A DNA stretch of 64,000 nucleotides from the NCBI RefSeq assembly GCF_009914755.1, contig NC_060937.1; one strand, given 5' to 3'. This DNA comes from the human T2T-CHM13v2.0 reference genome, Homo sapiens. Both the position numbers and the translations under genes were made by a program. This document shows, piece after piece, positions 55,745 through 64,000 of the stretch. The notes under the pieces were generated by a model, which was not told the origin of the DNA, made no database searches, and saw only the letters and a program-made list of their open reading frames with translations. How positions within the stretch are numbered: the first letter of the stretch is position 1; the number at the start of each line of letters is the position of its first letter.

Positions 55745-55958
55745 TAAGCAGGGAAGGGGGTGGGTATGACCTTATAAGGGGATAATGCAACTTAGGCAAT
55801 ATCCAGAAAGATTGTAACCCCATAGTACTCGACCAATGAGGAACTTGGGGAGGGACTTGCATGCTAGGAGATAAATTACCTGCTATGACTGCCCTGGGTG
55901 TGCCTGCCTATCAGACACCCGATCTTGCAAGACCGCCATTAAAAGTATCATTTCCACT
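55745..55958 (+). mobile_element. LTR18-like (ERVL) fragment
   Basis: GATTGTAACCCCATAGTACTCGACCAATGAGGAAC...CAGACACCCGATCTTGCAAGACCGCCATTAAAAGT. Confidence 0.7.
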
Positions 55959-57150
55959 GGATATGATTTTGGAACTTCCATGATTACCCACTTAAAGATC
56001 AAAGTATTATATACCATGTGCTTTTTAGTGAATGTTGCGAAGGCAAAAATGCTTTCTACGTTGGCATTCATTCTTATTTTACTGGGCACCTATAAATGCA
56101 TGCTGTGTGCCTGAAATACACTAAAAGGTATCCGTTCTTACAGCATGTTTGTGTGTTTGCATGTTTGCTGAAAATCCTTTCTGTATAAACAAGTTTGCTG
56201 GGTTCTCAGGGTTAGGTAGGGACTCTGCCATTTCTTACTGTCAAAATCTCTCCTGTGGAGATGGTGTTCCACTGCCAGTCTAGCTCAGCATGAGTAGGAA
56301 ATAGTAAACACCCTTACCAGTCATCTGTCTGCTTTGGTTTAGTGTAATGTGTGGTAGAATATTACTTATCAGAAAGCATGTATGTCATCTCTGGAAAGAA
56401 GAAAAATCACAGCAGTTCAAGTCTCAATGTGTACCTTTGATTTTTTAAAATTAGAAATAAGAATCTGTACTGACTTTTCACTTGGCTATCTTACTTTTAA
56501 AGGACAAGCTACAAGTGATGTGTTTTTCTATACTGATGCATCACTTATTAAATGCTTTTGTACCATGAGTAAAAAAAAATTCAGAATCATTATTTAATGT
56601 CATCTAATACTCAGTTCATTTTCAAATGTCTCCAACTATCCCCAAAATACCTTTTGACAATAGCAAAAATCAATTGCATTTGTGCATCATGACTCTATTT
56701 TAAGCTAGAAAATTTCTTGGCCCTATTTTTTAATATAATTTTTATAAAATTGACCTTTTTTTACTAAGCCAGTTGTCCTTTCGAATTTCCGCATTCTGAA
56801 TTTTTCTGACTGACTCTTCATGGTGCCATTTAACTTATTCCTCCCTCTCATCCCTATAAATACGAAATGAGCTCTATAGACTTCATTAGATTCACATCAA
56901 ACATTTTTGGCAAGAATCATATGTAATGCTTATACTTCATATTTCCTCACATCAGGAGGTAGCAGATATCAGGTTTCCTCCTATAACTAATGCTAAGGAG
57001 GGCACAGTCCTATCTCTCCACTGCAAAGGTAGAGCTACAGCGCAAATGAGGTCCTTCTTACATTTTAAGGAAAGAAGCTCAATCTCATCATAGTATAGGG
57101 AATTATCATGACTTAATCAATAAACATAATATTTTTTAAATAAGCTGGAC

Positions 57151-57516
57151 AGATTAGTCTTTACAGGCTACTAACAGAATACCACAGACTGGGTGACTCA
57201 TAAAAACAACAAATATTTATTTCTCACCATTCTAGAGAGTGGGAAGTCCAAGATCAAGGTGCCAGTAGATTCTGTGTCTGGTGAGGGCCCTATTCCGGAT
57301 TCACAGATAGTTGCCTTTTTGCTGTGTCCTCTCATGGCAGAAAGGGTGAAGAATCTCCCTGGAGTCTCTTTTATAAGGGCACTAATCACATTCATGAGGG
57401 CTCTGCCCTCATAGTCTAATCACCCCCAAAGGACCCACCTCCTAATACCATCACCAGGGGTGTTAAGATTTTAACATTTAAATTTTAAGGGCACATAAAC
57501 ATTCAATCCATTGCAC
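57151..57516 (-). mobile_element. MLT1A solo LTR
   Basis: GGGAAGTCCAAGATCAAGGTGCCAG...AACATTCAATCCATTGCA. Confidence 0.85.
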
Positions 57517-57880
57517 CTGCTCAATGTTAATTTTTATAGTTTTCAGCTTTGCCGCATAATCTAACATAAGGGTAGGTTAAAAGATACTGACTCAGAAATA
57601 TATTGCTCTCATTTGGATGCTGTGATGATTAGGTTTAAAGATCCATTAACATTTTACAATACCAGATTGGGTGGTTTCAAACAGATGTGGAATATCTTTG
57701 CCAGCATTTTCAAGAAAAGTTAATTGATTTCAGTATGGTGCCTCTCATATAAAAAAAAAAACTTAATTGGACTTTGAGGACAACATATGATTTAATCTGT
57801 CATAATAAAAAGATCTCGGATCCAGCTAAGACTTTCTCACCCACTTGTTCGAAAATAATCTAAATTATGGCAGCATTCCT

Positions 57881-57963
57881 CCCATCCAAGTACTAACTAG
57901 GCCTGACCCTGCTTAGTTTCTGAGATCAGATGAGATCAGGTGGATTCAGGGTGGTATGGCCAA
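57881..57963 (-). pseudogene. 5S rRNA retropseudogene, 3'-truncated, no poly-A
   Basis: Minus strand GGCCATACCACCCTGAA...GATCTC...AAGCAGGGTC.GGCCT.GTTAGTACTTGGATGGG equals 5S nt ~7-87; 14-bp TSD ATGGCA(G/T)CATTCCT. Confidence 0.93.
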
Positions 57964-58241
57964 ATGGCATCATTCCTACTACACATATAGCTGAGGATGG
58001 TTTCAAAATGCTTACTGTGAATGTCATGAAAATCAACTGCAAACCGGTGACAGGAGATTTTAAGCTAACTTTCATAGACTCTGTACAAAATATTGAACCA
58101 TAGACCTAGGAAACAGACATGTCATTGAATTTTAATACAAGATATTGTTTCCAAATATTTCATATCATTAGCATATATTTGTTTAAGTTGAAAGTACTAT
58201 GATAAGATATATATGTTCTGATAATTACATTTTGAAACTGT

Positions 58242-58599
58242 TGTTATTAGTCTGTTCTCATGCTACTAATAAAGACATACCCGAGACTGGGTAATTTATA
58301 AAGAAAGAGGTTTAATGGACTCACAATTCCACGTGGCTGGGGAGGCCTCACAATCACGGCCGAAGGCGAAAGCCACGTCTTACATGGCGGCAGGCAAGAG
58401 AGAATGAGAGCCAAATGAAAGGGGAAACCCCTTATAAAATCATCAGATCTCATGAGACTTATTCACAACCAAGAGAACAAGGGGGAAACCATCCCTGTAA
58501 TTCAATTATCTCCCACTGTGTCCCTCCCACAACACGTGGGAATTATGGGAGCTACAATTCAAGATAAGATTTGAGTTGGGACACAGCCAAACCATATCA
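58242..58599 (-). mobile_element. THE1 (B/C-like) solo LTR
   Basis: TATTAGTCTGTTCTCATGCTACTAATAAAGACATACCCGAGACTGGG...CAGCCAAACCATATCA; TSD (A/T)CTGT. Confidence 0.9.
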
Positions 58600-59228
58600 T
58601 CTGTATATTTATTTTTTGACTACTTGTTTTTTTCTCTACCATTTGGAGTCCCCAGAGCACAATCTCTTAGAGCCTCTTGTCTGATGGTTTCTTTTTCCAG
58701 TCTACTCTATTCACCATTGCTTATCAGAGAATGGTCACCCATGTATTTTTAAGCTTTAGAGACTGGTTGTATAACTAAATAAATTGTGGGATTTTAAGAC
58801 ATTATGTGAGATACTGTTATCCACACCATGTGTCACAATAGAATTATTTTATCCTTCATTTTTAAATAATGCCCAACTCATTTTCTCCCTTCAATGCCCA
58901 TAATTTGTCTTGGATGTTTTCCCTACTTCAATTAAAGGTTTTCATCTTGTTCTCTTATCATATACAAACTAGTGTGGTTTTAGTTTCTCCTAAACTATTT
59001 CTATTCAGGTGTTTACATATGCCTCTGTTCTTTCCTTTTCTTATACCTCTTATTTTAAAATGACCTCTATTTCTTATTTATTTTATCAGATGAGCGCATT
59101 TGACTACATCATTATAGTTCTGCCTAATTGTGCCTGGAAATTAACACGTTAGATACACATATTATTAGATTATAAATTACTTTCTTCTTTGTGTCTCCTT
59201 TATATTACATTTAGGACAATGTGGAATA

Positions 59229-59413
59229 TTTTAAATTGTGATAAAAATAAACATTCCCAAATCTACCATATTGACCATTTTAAAATATACAGCTCAATAG
59301 TGCTAAGTATATTTACATTGTTGTGCAACCAATCTCCAGAACTTTTCATCTAGTTAAACTGCAACTCTATACCCCTTAAACAACTCTCTATTTTCCCCTC
59401 CTTCCAGCTCCTG
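59229..59413 (-). mobile_element. Short L1MB 3' end
   Basis: CATTGTTGTGCAACCAATCTCCAGAACTTTTCATC; imperfect TSD AGGA(C/T)AATGT.GA. Confidence 0.8.
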
Positions 59414-59679
59414 AGGATAATGTTGATTTTTAAATTCTCTGCATAAGCATGTCATTTTAAATGCGAATTTTATTTTGAGATTGTGAAAGAAATTTTACAA
59501 AATATTTGTTTAAAAAAATGAGGGACCTTTGGGTCTAACAGAGTCAAGAACCACCACTCTAAGCTCCTTGAAGGAAGAGTGTTTTATTTACCTTGGTATT
59601 TCCAGGGCCTCCCACGGCGTAAATAATAGAAGCTCAATGAATATATATTGAAAGAATGAGTGATTGGAAAACTAAGCGA

Positions 59680-59990
59680 AGCCAAGCATAGTGACTCATA
59701 CCTACAATCCCAGTTCTTTGGGAGGCCGAGGTAAGAGGATTACTTGAGGCCAGGAGTTCAAGACTGGCCTGGGCAAAATGGCAAAACCCCATCTCTACAA
59801 AATAAATAAATTAATTAACTAATTAATTAATTTAATTAGCTGGGTGTGGTGGTACTGACATGTAGTCCTGGCTACAAGGGAAGCTGAGGCAGGAAGATCA
59901 CTTGAGGCCAGGAGTTTAAACTGCAGTGAGCTATGATTGTACCACTGCATCCAGCCTGGGTGACAGAGCAAGACCCTGTCAAAAAAAAAC
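59680..59990 (+). mobile_element. Alu (AluJ-type) with (TTAA)n middle
   Basis: AluJ diagnostics GAGGATTACTTGAGGCCAGGAGTTC. Confidence 0.9.
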
Positions 59991-60028
59991 AAGAAAGAAA
60001 AGAAAAAGAAGAAAGAAAGTAAGAAAGT

Positions 60029-60059
<31 letters not shown>

Positions 60060-60150
60060 GAGAAAAAAAGAAAAGAAAAGAAAAGAAAAAGGGAAAGAGA
60101 GAGGAAGGAAGGAAGGGAAGAAAAGGAAAGAAAGGAGAAAAAGAAAAGTT
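59991..60150 (+). repeat. (GAAA)n/(GGAA)n purine tract from Alu tail
   Basis: Homopurine repeat array. Confidence 0.9.
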
Positions 60151-60164
60151 AAGCAAGAGAAACC

Positions 60165-60465
60165 ACTATCACTCACAAAAGATCACATGTTGTATGATAT
60201 CAGTTAATGAAATGCCCAGGATAAGCAAATCTATCAAGACAGAGACAGAAAGCAGATTCGTGGTTGCCTAGGGGTGGGAAAGGAAAAGACTCGGGAGGAA
60301 GAATGGGAATGACTGCTGATAGGTACAGGGTTTCTTTCTGAGTGGAAGAAAATCCAAAGTTAGGTTAAGGTTACACAACTCTGGAAATATACTAAAAAAA
60401 AATTGAATTGTACACTTAAAATGGGTAACCTTTACGGTACATAAATTATATCTCAATAAATTCTT
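60165..60465 (+). mobile_element. L1MB 3' end
   Basis: GAAAGCAGATTCGTGGTTGCCTAGGG...AATTATATCTCAATAAA. Confidence 0.8.
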
Positions 60466-60943
60466 TTAAAGAATTGATTGAATACATCCTAAAAACCTAT
60501 AGTCACCATCCTTAACAAGTCCTTTAGGACTTCACCAAAAGTTCAACCAATTATGATTTTATGCTTTCATTTGAAATGCTAAGTATTCTCAGAATATCAG
60601 ATGTACAATTACATCTTCTGTCCAAAGTAAAATACAAATTATTATTTCATTTTATTAAATCATTCAGAACAAACTGTATTCAACCAACTCAGCAGTATAG
60701 TGTAAACTCAAGGGACGGGAACTATGGAATTGCTTCCTTCTGTATTGGTAACAGATTAAACAAAATTAAACAAGCAAATGACACTGAAGAAGTAAGCTTA
60801 CTCATCCATGGTGGATCCCCTGTGGGCAGAGTGCCATGGAAACCTCTTACAGCCAAGTGTATGAAGAATAAATCCTGCTCATGAGGATTAGACCCTTGAT
60901 CTCACCTGAGGAGAAGTGGGTGCTTCCCCACCCATGGTGCTGA

Positions 60944-61298
<355 letters not shown>

Positions 61299-61681
61299 TG
61301 AATCTTAGATTATGATCCTTCCTGTGCCAGGGAGGGGCTGATTCTTTCCTGTGCTTGCACATTAAAGCCCCCCTGCACCAGGGCCTAGATTAGGTGTCTC
61401 CCCAATATTTACTGTTAAATATGGCCATGGAGTGTTTACCTAACTGCCAACTAAAAACTACTTGATCATTGCTTTTCTTTTCTTTCCTTTTAGAAAACTT
61501 CAGTACTCCCATAACTGATACTTGATTAACATACCTGGCACTCTGGCTTAATTCTTCTGAGGAATTTCAGTAGCATTTAAATTTATTTTCTCAACTCAAA
61601 AGCATTTTTGTTGTTCTTCCAGAGGATATAGCCCTGATGTTAACATATTCTTTTTCTCTTGTCCGACAATGTGAGACAATG

Positions 61682-62106
61682 CAGTTGACCCCTTGAACAA
61701 CACAGGGGTTAGGGGCACTGACCCCTGTGCAATTGAAAATCCTCATATAACTTTTGACTCCCAAAAAACTTCAATATTAATAGTCTACTCTTAACTGGAA
61801 GCCTTACTGAGAACATAAACAGTATATTTTGTATGTTATACATATCACATACTGTGTTCTTACAATAAAGTAAGCTAGAGAAAAGAAAATTGTATTAAGA
61901 GAATCATAAGGAATACAAAATATATTTACTATTCATTAAGTGGATCATTATAAAGATTTTCATCCTTGTTGTCTCCACATTCAGTAGGGTGAGGAGAACA
62001 AAGAGAAGAGGTTGGTCTTGCTGTCTTAGGAGTGGCAGAGTCAGAAGAAAATCCACATATAAGTGGACATGCATAGTTCAAACCACTGTTTTTCAAGGAT
62101 CAACTA
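61682..62106 (-). mobile_element. Tigger2a-like Tc1/mariner (pogo) MITE
   Basis: TIRs CAGTTGACCCCTTGAACAACAC...GTTTTTCAAGGATCAACTA. Confidence 0.85.
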
Positions 62107-62113
62107 TAGTTCA

Positions 62114-62489
<376 letters not shown>

Positions 62490-62966
62490 ATCAGTTCCAA
62501 TAACAATTCTTGCTTTTCAACTTTATTTTCATGACTCCTTGATTGATTCAACATGATTTTAAGAAAAGTCCTGTTCCCTGGGACTGCATTACAAGCTGTG
62601 TAGATAGCTCCCATGAAATGGAAATTAACCCCACACCAGGGGAGGCAAATTGTCCTATAGATTATTCTATATTATGTAGACTTTCAATTATGTAGACTTC
62701 CACAGACTTTGATCAAAACAAAATCTTCCCTAAGAGTCCACCAGGCTCATATAGCAAATCTAAAATAACTTCTTGTCAAGGCAGGTAAAAACTGGCCACA
62801 ATTATGGCCACAATTTTGTAAAAAGTAGCATTTGGAAGTTGTAACTATAGTTCTAAAAATGAAGTAAGCATCCTGATCCATAAGGTGTCAATAAAGTTCT
62901 AGACGTTTTTGATATAGAAAAAAAAAATGACAAACTGTCATCTGTCTGTTGTATTCTGAACACTTG

Positions 62967-63289
<323 letters not shown>

Positions 63290-64000
63290 ACACATTCTGA
63301 GCACTTTAAAGGACACAGTAAGCCAATAAAATAGGCTGACACATATTTAAGGAGTCACTAGACATCCAGGAGCCCTTCACACTCATCAGAACTCTTGGGA
63401 TGACCCAGACTCTGGCCACATGATTGATTACATTCAAACTTTAGAGCCATCCCCACCCAAAATACATGGCTTGTCTTGGTGCACACATCATAGCAGGTAC
63501 CAAAATACTCTTCAAGAGGATAAACACCAAAGGCCATGGAGGATAGCCACCAAAAATTGGCTTGGCCCACAAATCATAGAACTAATGATGGTGACATCTT
63601 ACTGTTATTTTGCTCACATTAATTGAAAAAGACTAGTGTGAGAAGAGGAAATAAGTAATGATGCAAAACAAGCAGCATCTATACTCTACCCTCCGATGAC
63701 CACAATAATGGTGAACAAATATTTAAATGTAGTTTCCTTAATTTTAGCCATCTACTAGCCCTTTGTCATCTAAAAGTACACTAGTGCTGCTTAGCTCTGT
63801 GTCTCTGTCCTCTCTGTCCTTGCCACCCCCCAGGGAGTCTGTGGCATTTGCTTAGCTCAGGAACTGAGCCTACACAAATATTCAAAAGGATGTCAGCTTG
63901 TTTCCCACTGCCCTACTTTTTGCAGCAAGTTCCCTTTAATTTTGAAGGCAGACTATTTGGTTCACAGAATGAAAAGATTTCCAATACCTCACAAGATCAT

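Noticed and set aside
59872-60176. F/L/S-rich ORFs
   Set aside because: Translation of the (GAAA)n Alu tail.

Overview
Primate (very probably human) non-coding genomic DNA. I find no intact protein-coding gene; almost all listed ORFs are chance frames in Alu, L1, LTR or simple repeats. The window holds four retroposed pseudogenes: a 3' fragment of GAPDH, a TCEAL4/TCEAL2-like copy on the minus strand, a full-length ARL2BP copy, and a tailless 5S rRNA copy. Around them lies a dense fossil record of transposons: about 20 Alus, several L1 and L2 pieces, MaLR/ERV1/ERVL LTRs, an end-to-end HSMAR2 mariner, and hAT/Tigger elements. The most notable structures are: (1) the ARL2BP retrocopy, whose reading frame is open except for stops inside a perfect in-frame 81-bp tandem duplication; (2) a ~154-bp CpG-retaining hairpin at 34633-34786 that I cannot assign to a repeat; (3) an Alu-L1 chimera bounded by a single 15-bp TSD; (4) a hAT/Charlie transposon with both ends and an 8-bp TSD, expanded to 8.1 kb by nested insertions; and (5) an L1 that keeps both ends but has lost about 5 kb of its middle. 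I see no convincing evidence for a wholly new biological system. Family and subfamily names come from recalled consensus sequences and need RepeatMasker/Dfam/BLAST confirmation.
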